DNA of 64,000 nucleotides, taken from contig JBEKHC010000012.1 in NCBI GenBank assembly GCA_050012475.1, positions 74 to 64,073 of the forward strand, read 5' to 3'. The first letter of the stretch is position 1. Every line of letters begins with the position of its first letter. The stretch comes from Candidatus Velthaea sp. Its GTDB lineage: Bacteria; Vulcanimicrobiota; Vulcanimicrobiia; Vulcanimicrobiales; Vulcanimicrobiaceae. The notes beneath the pieces are model-generated. The model was not told the DNA's origin and did not search any database. It was given only the letters and a program-made list of their open reading frames with translations. Both the position numbers and the translations under genes were made by a program. Shown piece by piece: positions 18,987 through 26,980 of the stretch.

Positions 18987-19824
18987 GCGGGATCCGGCTC
19001 AGCAGATTGGCCAGCATGGGGTTCACAACCTGGCGCATGCGGCGCGGCGGGCGCACGATGGCGGTCAACACTTTGTTGAGCCGTTCTTCGCCGTCGATCT
19101 GAACCGAGAGCCGCCCCGCGCGGGCCACCGAAACCGCGCCGGTCTCTTCCGAAACGACGACCACGACGGCATCGGTCTGTTCGCTCAAACCGATCGCCGC
19201 GCGATGGCGCGTCCCCACGTGGCGCTCTGCCGAGACGGCGTTTTCCGACAACGGGAGAAAGCATGCCGCGCCTTCGATCGTCGTGTCGCGCACGATGACC
19301 GCACCGTCGTGCAGCGGCGAACTCGTATTGAAAATCGCGAGCAGCAGCTCCACCGACAGCCGCGCATCGAGCGCCGTTCCGCTCTCGACATACTCGCGCA
19401 GTCCGGTCTGCTGCTCGACGACGATGAGGGCGCCCATGCGGCGGCGTGCCAGGGCGAAGGCGGATTGGGCGACGATCGCGGTTTGCTTGGCCGCGATTTC
19501 GTCGTCGGTCTCGCCCGCCGGCCGGGCGAAGAGCCGTCCGCGCCCGAGCTGTTCGAGGCCGCGCCGCAGTTCGGGTTGGAACACGATGGGCAGCGTGACG
19601 GCCGTGCCGAGCAGCAGGTACTGCATGACCGTCGCCAACACGAGCAGATGAAACAGGTTGGAAAGCGCTAAGATGATGACGAGTACGAAGAGGCCAAGCG
19701 TAATCTGCACGGCGCGGGTGCCGCGGATGAGGAGCAGCAAGTAATACGCCAGGATGGACGTCGCGATGATATCGGCGGCGTCGCTGATTCCGAACGAGAT
19801 CGACGTCAGACTTGCGGGGATCAC
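18952..19824 (-). CDS. cdaA: diadenylate cyclase (c-di-AMP synthase), membrane-anchored
   Basis: Three N-terminal TMs precede the DAC domain: SPLHDGAVIVRD, GTRHRAAIGLSEQTDAVVVVVSEETGAVSVA. The ORF-track extension to 20034 is Arg-rich junk. GTG at 19824 overlaps the stop of the upstream small ORF (GTGA). Confidence 0.85.
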   Translation of the reverse strand: MIPASLTSISFGISDAADIIATSILAYYLLLLIRGTRAVQITLGLFVLVIILALSNLFHLLVLATVMQYLLLGTAVTLPIVFQPELRRGLEQLGRGRLFARPAGETDDEIAAKQTAIVAQSAFALARRRMGALIVVEQQTGLREYVESGTALDARLSVELLLAIFNTSSPLHDGAVIVRDTTIEGAACFLPLSENAVSAERHVGTRHRAAIGLSEQTDAVVVVVSEETGAVSVARAGRLSVQIDGEERLNKVLTAIVRPPRRMRQVVNPMLANLLSRIPRAVDRSPKLPT

Positions 19825-20132
19825 GGCAAGTACGACTCGATGATCCGCGATCGATCGAGGGCCGGCTCCTCGAGCCCGCGAGCCGCGGCGCCGGCCGCGG
19901 CGTCGGGATCCCCGAACGCCGGGGCAAGCGCCGGAACGAACGCCGTCTCGATTGCGATGAGGTCGTCGATGAGTTCGGCGGGCGTCCGCTCCGCGTCGAA
20001 CCGCAGGCCGATCGTCGCACCCTCGGCGGTGCACTCCAGTATCCCCGCCGGCGCGCCCGGTCCGGCAAGTGCCTCCAATACGTTCGCGCGGACGAACGGA
20101 TCGGGAACGATGACGGTGCGCGCAAGTATCAC
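19821..20132 (-). CDS. hypothetical small acidic protein (103 aa) whose stop overlaps the cdaA start
   Basis: It is not a separate ORF in the track; it is the 3' tail of the 510-aa ORF 19821..21353. From GTG 20132 the hand translation reads VILARTVIVPDPFVRANVLEALAGPGAPAGILECTAEGATIGLRFDAERTPAELIDDLIAIETAFVPALAPAFGDPDAAAGAAARGLEEPALDRSRIIESYLP*. Third positions are mostly G/C and the Arg-rich junk signature is absent. The stop TGA overlaps the cdaA GTG. Confidence 0.5.
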   Translation of the reverse strand: MILARTVIVPDPFVRANVLEALAGPGAPAGILECTAEGATIGLRFDAERTPAELIDDLIAIETAFVPALAPAFGDPDAAAGAAARGLEEPALDRSRIIESYLP

Positions 20133-20156
20133 GGTTTCCGTTGGCTTCGCAAGCCG

Positions 20157-21047
20157 TTGAGTGAAGTCCGCCGGGCGCGCGTCATCGCCGTCGGGCGGAA
20201 CGCGGCGTGGATCGTCTTCGGCGGTGAGCCGGAGCCGCGGCTGGCCAATTTCCGCAAACGCGCGCGCCATCCGATGCTCGTTCCGGGCGATATCGTCGAA
20301 GCTGTGGCCGAACCCGGAGCCGAGCACATCGTCGTCGACGGCGTCGTTCCGCGAACGTTCGCGCTCGAACGGCGCACCGCGGCGGGCCGGCTCAAGACCA
20401 TGGCGGCGAACATCGATACGCTCGCGATCGTCGCGGCACTGACCGATCCGCCGATCCGGCTCGCGCTGATCGACCGGCTCGTCGCGTTCGCCGTGTTGCA
20501 CGACCTCGAGCCGGTGCTGCTGCTCACCAAACCCGATCTCGCAGGCGAAGCAGCAGCCGAAGCAGTGACACGCACGTACCATCGTATCGGCGTGCCGCTG
20601 CTGGTTCTTCAGCCCAAAACCGGCCGGGGCATCCCTGAATTGCGGGCACTCATTGCGTCTCGCGCGGCCATGCTGATCGGCCAGTCGGGCGTCGGGAAGA
20701 GCTCGATCTTCCGCGCGCTGGGCGGCATCGGGTCCGTGGGCGACCTCAGCCGATTCGGCCGCGGCCGGCAGACGACGACCTCGGCCCGGCTCTTTACCAT
20801 GGGTGAGGGCTTCCTCATCGACAGCCCCGGCATCGGCGAATTCACCCTCGACTCGATGACCGCCGGGGAGCTCGCGGCCCTCTTCGTCGAACTGCGCGAG
20901 CCGGCCCAGGCCTGCCGCTTCAGCGACTGCCGCCACCTTCGTGAGCCCGGCTGCGCGGTCCGCGCCGCGGTCGAGGCAGGCACGATCGCGCTCAGCCGCT
21001 ACGAAAGCTACCGGGCGATCCTGACCGGCGAGGAGCCGGCCGGCTGA
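20157..21047 (+). CDS. rsgA: ribosome small-subunit-dependent GTPase A
   Basis: Circularly permuted GTPase motifs are present: LLLTKPDL, GQSGVGKSSIFRAL, GRGRQTTT, IDSPGIGEF. The C-terminal zinc knuckle reads CRFSDCRHLREPGCAV. The start is uncertain: in-frame TTG 20157 keeps the OB fold, and ATG 20274 is the alternative. Confidence 0.8.
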   Translation: MSEVRRARVIAVGRNAAWIVFGGEPEPRLANFRKRARHPMLVPGDIVEAVAEPGAEHIVVDGVVPRTFALERRTAAGRLKTMAANIDTLAIVAALTDPPIRLALIDRLVAFAVLHDLEPVLLLTKPDLAGEAAAEAVTRTYHRIGVPLLVLQPKTGRGIPELRALIASRAAMLIGQSGVGKSSIFRALGGIGSVGDLSRFGRGRQTTTSARLFTMGEGFLIDSPGIGEFTLDSMTAGELAALFVELREPAQACRFSDCRHLREPGCAVRAAVEAGTIALSRYESYRAILTGEEPAG

Positions 21048-21176
21048 GCTGCGGCCCGGCCCGCGAACGGATCGAGAACGCCGAAGTGGCGCAACGCCGC
21101 AATCTATGCTATCTTGGGCTTTGTGCCCCGGGCCATGAGCCCGGGCGTTGACTCGCAACTTCGACGGAGCCCGCTC

Positions 21177-21482
21177 TTGCCCAACATCAAAGCCGCTGTC
21201 AAATGGACGCTTCAGACCGAAAAGCGCACCCAGCGGAACCTCGACGTCAAGACCCGCCTCAAGACGCTGTTCAAGAAGGCGAAGGCCGGCACGCTGGACG
21301 CCCCGTCGGTTGAAGCGCAATTCGATAAAGCCGCGCAAAAGGGCATCATCCATCCCAACAAGGCCGCGCGCAAGAAATCGCGGCTGGTGAAGGCCGTTCG
21401 CGTCGCCGCCGCGGCATCCGCGGCCGCCGCCAGCGCACCGCCGAAGCCGGCCCGCACGAAAGCCGCCTCGAAGAAGAAATAG
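21177..21482 (+). CDS. rpsT: 30S ribosomal protein S20
   Basis: LPNIKAAVKWTLQTEKRTQRNLDVKTRLKTLFKK ... GIIHPNKAARKKSRL. TTG start at 21177 with GGAG 8 nt upstream. It carries an Ala/Lys-rich C-terminal tail. Confidence 0.85.
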   Translation: MPNIKAAVKWTLQTEKRTQRNLDVKTRLKTLFKKAKAGTLDAPSVEAQFDKAAQKGIIHPNKAARKKSRLVKAVRVAAAASAAAASAPPKPARTKAASKKK

Positions 21483-21485
21483 CCG

Positions 21486-23882
21486 TCACGGATCGACGTT
21501 GATCGCGATGCGCGTCGCGCGTTCGTTACGCGCGGCGCTCACGATCCGTTCGCGTACGGCTGCGCGCGTCGTCGCGATATCGCGAGTCTTGAGCGCGAAG
21601 CGATAGCGCCATTCTTCGTTCAGTCGCGCGATCGCATAGGGCGCCGGACCTAAGACCTCCCAGCGCTCGTCGTCGCGCATCAACGCGGCATAGCGCTCGG
21701 CGGCCGCTTCCACCGCCGCGCGATCGCGGCCGATGATGCCGAGGTAAATGAGCCGCGTGAACGGCGGCCAGCGCAAGACGCGCCGGTCGGCCAGCTCACC
21801 GGCGGCGAAACCATCGTAGTCGTGGGCCGCCGCGAACGCAATCGCCGGATGTTCCGGCGAGTAGGTTTGAATGAACGCCTCGCCGGGCTGCGCCCGGCCG
21901 CTTCTTCCACACACTTGGGTGAGCAGCGCGAACGTGCGTTCCGCGGCGCGAAAATCGGCCACGTGCAAATCGAGATCGGCGGCGATCGCGCCGGCGAGCG
22001 TGACTTGCGGGAAATCCAGCCCTTTGGCGACCATCTGCGTGCCGACGAGAATGTCGCCATCGTCGACGAACCGCTCGAGCAATCGCGCGTGATCGCCGAC
22101 CCGCGTCGTGGTATCCGAATCCATGCGCACGATCCGCGCGCTCGGAAACAGTTCGAGCAGCTCGTGCGCCACGCGCTGGGTGCCAACACCCAAGGCCCGG
22201 ATCGGTCCGGTACCACAGCTCGGACAGGTTTGGGGAAGCGCTTTCTGCGCGTCGCAATAGTGGCAGCGCAGCAGCTCTTCGCTGCGATGAACCGTCAGCG
22301 ACACCGAACAGCGCGCGCACTGCGGGACGTGTCCACATGCGCGGCAGAGCAGAAAAGGCGCCGTGCCGCGCCGGTTCACGAACAAAACGGCTTTTTCGCC
22401 CCGCTGCAGCCGCGCATCGATTGCCGAGAGCAGCGGCGTGCTGAAGATTCGCCGGTTTCCGGCAGCGAACTGCGCGCTCATGTCGACGACGTGCGTTCGC
22501 GGCAGCGCTTGCGCCGTTGCGCGTTCGCGCAAGGTCAGCAAGGGGTAGCGTCCGGCACGAGCGCGCGCGTAGTCCTCGATCGCGGGCGTCGCGCTGCCCA
22601 GGACGAGCACGCCGCCGGCCCGCCGCATGCGCTCGCGTGCGACCTCGACGGCACTATACCGCGGCACCGAATCCTGCTTGTACGACGCTTCGTGTTCTTC
22701 GTCGACGACGACGAGCCGCACGTCGCCCAACGGCGCGAAGATCGCGCTGCGCGCGCCCACGACCACGGCGATTTCCCCGCGCGCTGCGGCTTGCCATGCG
22801 TCGAAGCGCTCGCGGTCCGAAAGTGCGGAGTGCAGCACGGCGACCCGGTCACCGAAAGCATCTTCGAAGCGCCGCGCCGTTTGCGGCGTCAGCGAAATCT
22901 CCGGAACGAGCACGATCGCGCGCTCCCCGGCCGCGATGACTTTGGCGATCGTGGCAAGATAGACGAGTGTTTTGCCGCTGCCCGTGATGCCGTGCAGCAG
23001 AACCTGCGCGTACGCGCGGGCTTCGACGAGCGCATCGATGCGTTCGATCGCCGTCCGCTGCTCGGCGGTGAACGCGAAATCCGGCAGATTCGAGCGGCCG
23101 TTGCGCACGACGTCGATCGGGCGCTGCGTTTCGACGAGCGCTCCGAGCGCGATCGCGCGCCGGATGACGGCGTCGGAGTACCCGGCCAGCACCGCTTCGC
23201 TGCGTTTGAGCTCACGGCATTCGCGCACGAACGCGACGAGAGCCGCGGCTTTCTTGCCGGCGACGGGGACGTCTCCCGGCTGCAGAAAACGCACCAGCGC
23301 GTCGTTCACCCGCGCCCCCGTGATGCTTCGCGTGCGGGTGAGCGCACCCGCCGCAACCAGCGCGCGCAAGTAACCGAGAATCGCCCGGCGGTCGCCGGCC
23401 CGGCGCACCTCGGGAGCGCGGAGAAACGTCTCGAGCGTGAAGCCGTCGGGGCAATCGTTCCAGATGAAATCGAGCAGCCGCGCCGGCACGCGGTCGTGCT
23501 GCGCGCTGCTTGCGGGACGAACCGCAAGGATGTAGCGTTCGACCGCGCGCGGCAACGCGGCGGTCAACACGACGGCGCTCAAAGCTTCGCCCAGCGTGCA
23601 GAGATAGGCGTCGGCGATCCATGCGGCGAGGCCGAAGCCGGTTCGGTCGAACGCGCGCGGGACATCGGCTTTGCCGGCAATCGCGCGCAAGTTCGGCGGC
23701 GGCTCGGCTTCGTCGCGCGGACCGGAAACGACGAAACCCCAAACCACGCGCGGACCGAGCGGGACGCGCACGACATCGCCTAGCGCAAGATCGCAGCCGG
23801 CGGGCACGCCATAGGTGAGCGGACGATCGAAGCGGGCGGTTTTGAGCTGCGCGAGAACGTCGACGACGCGAGTCAGCGAAAT
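21486..23882 (-). CDS. priA: primosomal protein N' (replication restart helicase)
   Basis: N-terminal 3'-DNA-binding block VVDVLAQLKTARFDRPLTYGVP...GDVVRVPLGPRVVWGFV. Walker A reads LLHGITGSGKT and the DExH box reads VVDEEHE. The Cys-rich zinc region is CRACGHVPQCARCSVSLTVH...CHYC...CPSCG. The start is unresolved (see findings); everything above about 23882 in the 1106-aa ORF is Arg-rich overlap with the next gene. Confidence 0.85.
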   Translation of the reverse strand: MSLTRVVDVLAQLKTARFDRPLTYGVPAGCDLALGDVVRVPLGPRVVWGFVVSGPRDEAEPPPNLRAIAGKADVPRAFDRTGFGLAAWIADAYLCTLGEALSAVVLTAALPRAVERYILAVRPASSAQHDRVPARLLDFIWNDCPDGFTLETFLRAPEVRRAGDRRAILGYLRALVAAGALTRTRSITGARVNDALVRFLQPGDVPVAGKKAAALVAFVRECRELKRSEAVLAGYSDAVIRRAIALGALVETQRPIDVVRNGRSNLPDFAFTAEQRTAIERIDALVEARAYAQVLLHGITGSGKTLVYLATIAKVIAAGERAIVLVPEISLTPQTARRFEDAFGDRVAVLHSALSDRERFDAWQAAARGEIAVVVGARSAIFAPLGDVRLVVVDEEHEASYKQDSVPRYSAVEVARERMRRAGGVLVLGSATPAIEDYARARAGRYPLLTLRERATAQALPRTHVVDMSAQFAAGNRRIFSTPLLSAIDARLQRGEKAVLFVNRRGTAPFLLCRACGHVPQCARCSVSLTVHRSEELLRCHYCDAQKALPQTCPSCGTGPIRALGVGTQRVAHELLELFPSARIVRMDSDTTTRVGDHARLLERFVDDGDILVGTQMVAKGLDFPQVTLAGAIAADLDLHVADFRAAERTFALLTQVCGRSGRAQPGEAFIQTYSPEHPAIAFAAAHDYDGFAAGELADRRVLRWPPFTRLIYLGIIGRDRAAVEAAAERYAALMRDDERWEVLGPAPYAIARLNEEWRYRFALKTRDIATTRAAVRERIVSAARNERATRIAINVDP

Positions 23883-24826
23883 TCGGCCGTCCCCGGCGTC
23901 GTCGTCAAGCGCGCGATCGAGCGCCGCAGCATCGCGCGCGGTATCGCCAATCCCGCTTCGACGTCGCCGATCGCGTGAGGCAACGCAAAGCGCGCATCCG
24001 CCGGAATCCGCTCGAGCACCGCATTCGCATCGATGCGCTCGTCGTGCAGCGCAAACCCCAACAGCGCGAGCACGGCAAGCACTCGCAGATGATCGCGTTC
24101 GCTGAAGTCCGCGACTTTGCGTGCGCTCAGGCAAGCCGCTCGAATGCCCAGCACCAGTGCGGTTTGCGGCGCGACGGTGCGCGTCGCGGCGATCGCCCGC
24201 GCAAACGGCAGCCCCAGATCGAGAATCTGCCGATCGTCGCCCGCGTGCATCCGGTCGACGCGCAGCGCGTCGTCGATGACCGACTCCCAGGGCCACTTGC
24301 GCAGCGGATGCGGCGAGAGCGTTTCCAAACCGTCGAAGAACTCGTCGCCTTCGATCAGCGCATCGCGCACGAGCGTTCCCAGGCCGTCCTTGGCCGAGCG
24401 CGGGATTGCGGCGTAGTCGACGATCAGCCCGAGCGGCGGCACCGCGACCGCGCTGGCGCCGCGCCGCGCGACCGGATCGACGCCGCGATCGATCGCGGCG
24501 CCGAGCGTGCGCGCAATGAGCAGCGTCCGCGCGCCGCCTTCGTACAACGCGGCGGCGAGCCGAATCGCGTCGAGCAGCGCCCCCGTTCCGCAGGCCACGA
24601 CGACGGTCCGGCTGGTCGCGGCGCGGCGTTTGAGCGCGGCGTGCAGCGTGTCGACGATGGCCAGCGTCGTGCCGCGGACATCGACGACCGCGACGCCTGC
24701 ACCGCCCGGCTGACGGGCAATGCGGCGGGCCAGCGGCAGTGCTTGGGTGTCGCAGAAGGTGACGAAGCGGCCGTCGCCGGCGGCTTCGCGCGCGGCCTTG
24801 GCGCAAGCGAGAGCGAGCAGATTCAT
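23873..24826 (-). CDS. divergent 3-dehydroquinate-synthase-like (DHQS/sugar-phosphate-cyclase fold) protein
   Basis: ATG at 24826 (MNLLALACAK). VVVACGTGALLDAIRLAAALYEGGARTLLIARTLGAAIDRGV resembles the GGG-loop/PTT region of the DHQS fold, but with substitutions. The family call is tentative. Confidence 0.4.
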   Translation of the reverse strand: MNLLALACAKAAREAAGDGRFVTFCDTQALPLARRIARQPGGAGVAVVDVRGTTLAIVDTLHAALKRRAATSRTVVVACGTGALLDAIRLAAALYEGGARTLLIARTLGAAIDRGVDPVARRGASAVAVPPLGLIVDYAAIPRSAKDGLGTLVRDALIEGDEFFDGLETLSPHPLRKWPWESVIDDALRVDRMHAGDDRQILDLGLPFARAIAATRTVAPQTALVLGIRAACLSARKVADFSERDHLRVLAVLALLGFALHDERIDANAVLERIPADARFALPHAIGDVEAGLAIPRAMLRRSIARLTTTPGTAEFR

Positions 24827-24920
24827 CCTGCCGGGGCCGGCGATACGATTTCGATCATGCGCGTCCGTCCTTCGCTTCGCGAACCCGGCAACACTGGATT
24901 TTGCGGCGGCGCGGCGCCGA

Positions 24921-25385
24921 TCAGGGCTGAGGCTGCGCGCCTCCGTTCGGACCGGGGACGAACGCCTCGAGCTCGGGCAGCAGTTCGACACTCTCTTGTT
25001 CGTTCGGATCGGTTCGCGCAATCACCGCAACGCACGTCTCATCGGTGCTCGCGTTGTACGGCAAGTGCGGCACGTTGGCCGGGATATAAAAGAAATCGCC
25101 CGGCCCGACCACCGAGTGATGCTCGAGCTTGGGACCGTGCCAAACGCCGGACGTCCCGCTGATTCCGTAGATCGCGCTCTCGTGCGCCACGTGCCGATGC
25201 GCCCTGGCCCGGCTGCCGGGCGGAATGCGGACGAGCTGCATGTGAATTCCGCGCGCGCCGACCGTTTCAGCCGACACGCCGGCTGCATACACCAGTCCCT
25301 GCTTGCCCACGAACTGCTCGCCCGCACGAACGAGGCGGCAGCTTTGCGGCTCGGACTCGTCGTGCGAATGATCGATGCCGTCCAT
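24921..25385 (-). CDS. cupin-domain protein
   Basis: The cupin motifs read IPPGSRARAHRHVAHESAIYGISG ... GPGDFFYIPANVPH. Confidence 0.65.
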   Translation of the reverse strand: MDGIDHSHDESEPQSCRLVRAGEQFVGKQGLVYAAGVSAETVGARGIHMQLVRIPPGSRARAHRHVAHESAIYGISGTSGVWHGPKLEHHSVVGPGDFFYIPANVPHLPYNASTDETCVAVIARTDPNEQESVELLPELEAFVPGPNGGAQPQP

Positions 25386-25424
25386 TGGTGGTCGTCTCCC
25401 TTCGCGATTGCCCTCCGACGATGG

Positions 25425-26861
25425 TCACCAGTTCGAGCGCACCGGAATCGTGAAGACGAACGTGCGCTTGAGGCCGGTGTCCTCGGTCAAGCGAACGCTG
25501 CACGTTCCGGCGGCCTGCGCGCGCAGATCGAACTCGACGTAAGGTCCGACGCCTTGGAAATCCGCGAGCAACGGGGTTGCGCCGGCCGGCGGCGCGGGAT
25601 CGGTATAGCCGGGCGGAACATCGGAGTCATTGTCGGAGCCGACGTCGATGGTGCAGGGCGGCCACGTGCCGTCGATCTGCAGCGTGACGCCGCCGAAGGT
25701 ATTCGCGGCATTGTAGGTTGCGTCGTCCCGAAACAAGAGTTGAACCTGGTTGCCCGGCGGAACGCTCGGTGCACTCGGTGCTTTTGGATTTCCGGCAACG
25801 CCGTTGCAGTCCGTGTTCGGTTTGGCGGGAACGCAGACCGCGATGTCGGTGATGTTGCTGACGATCGCTTTCGTGTACGTCGGGATGGTGAAGGCCGGTG
25901 CGCTGCACGTTTGTCCGCTGCCGGCCGGCGTGCAGGGCACGTAAATCGGCGGACCGTCCAGTCCCACGAACGACGAGTCGGGCTGCGCGTTCGGGCCGAG
26001 GATGAAGTTCACGACGTCGCCGGCGTTCGTTCCAAACGTCGTGCTCGAGCCCGTCTGTCCGGGCGCGAGCACGCAGTAGAACGACGGCGTTCCCAAGAGG
26101 TGGATTCCCGCCAAGCCCGGTCCGGCATTCGGGAGAAAGCAGGCGCTTTGAAACACGGTTCCGCCCGCAACGTTCGGCGGATCGAGCGCAAGTGAATTGG
26201 GGACCGCTGCGTTCGAGGTGAGTACGCTGGCGGTGCCGGCAATCGCCGGGAGCTGCGTGAATGAGGTCGAGGTTTCCGGCAGGACGGAGATCGTCAATGC
26301 CGTTTTCGCCGGAAACGTCAATTGCGTGACGGTCGGGGTGAACGTGATGGTATGGCCCGCTCCCGTGGCATCGCCGAGCTTGGTCGACACGAGCGTTTGC
26401 GGAACCGGATTCGATTGATAGGCGCTTGCGCCGAACAGCAGTCCATCGACCGAACACGAAACCTTCACACTGAAGCGGTCGATCGCGACCGTTACCGGAT
26501 GCGCAGCGGGGTTGAACAGAACGATCGGCGGGATTGGCGGACAAGTACCGTTCCCCATCGTGTTCCCCGCGGCGGCCGCTCGCGCCGACGCGATCCCGAT
26601 GGTCGCGGGTGAATCCAATGTGTGCAGCGTGACGGAACCGGTAAGCTGCGCGGCAAGCGAAACGGTCGTCGTTACCGGACTCGCGCCGATACGTACGTCA
26701 ACCGATTGCGCGGCTGCCGGCGCATTCGTTGCCTGAATGCTGTCCGCTTGAGCGGCGACGCCGGCGGGCGCCGGAGACGAACCTCCGCCGCCGCTGCATG
26801 CACCAAGCCCGGCGGCGGCAACGGCCGCACTAGCCGTAAGAAACAACGTGCGTAAAAACAT
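25425..26861 (-). CDS. Cys-rich Thr/Pro/Ala-rich lipoprotein, function unknown
   Basis: ATG 26861 with GAGGAG upstream. The lipobox reads AAAGLGAC followed by SGGGGS. The body is beta-rich and low-complexity with more than 10 Cys. No recognised domain. Confidence 0.55.
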   Translation of the reverse strand: MFLRTLFLTASAAVAAAGLGACSGGGGSSPAPAGVAAQADSIQATNAPAAAQSVDVRIGASPVTTTVSLAAQLTGSVTLHTLDSPATIGIASARAAAAGNTMGNGTCPPIPPIVLFNPAAHPVTVAIDRFSVKVSCSVDGLLFGASAYQSNPVPQTLVSTKLGDATGAGHTITFTPTVTQLTFPAKTALTISVLPETSTSFTQLPAIAGTASVLTSNAAVPNSLALDPPNVAGGTVFQSACFLPNAGPGLAGIHLLGTPSFYCVLAPGQTGSSTTFGTNAGDVVNFILGPNAQPDSSFVGLDGPPIYVPCTPAGSGQTCSAPAFTIPTYTKAIVSNITDIAVCVPAKPNTDCNGVAGNPKAPSAPSVPPGNQVQLLFRDDATYNAANTFGGVTLQIDGTWPPCTIDVGSDNDSDVPPGYTDPAPPAGATPLLADFQGVGPYVEFDLRAQAAGTCSVRLTEDTGLKRTFVFTIPVRSNW

Positions 26862-26980
26862 TGCGCAGCTCCTCAACGGTGGTCTAGGCAAGTACCAGGG
26901 AACCGCGCACTCCGCCTGCACGGCGCGCAAGCCGTCCCTGCAAGCGGAGTGACTCGAGCAACGCGCGAACATCGGCGCTG

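Noticed and set aside
21110-21176. The CCCGGG-N7-CCCGGG hairpin in the rpsT 5' UTR, considered as an S20 autoregulatory element.
   Set aside because: It is only a 6-bp self-complementary stem. I know of no conserved S20 leader motif to compare with, so it is too speculative to list as a feature.
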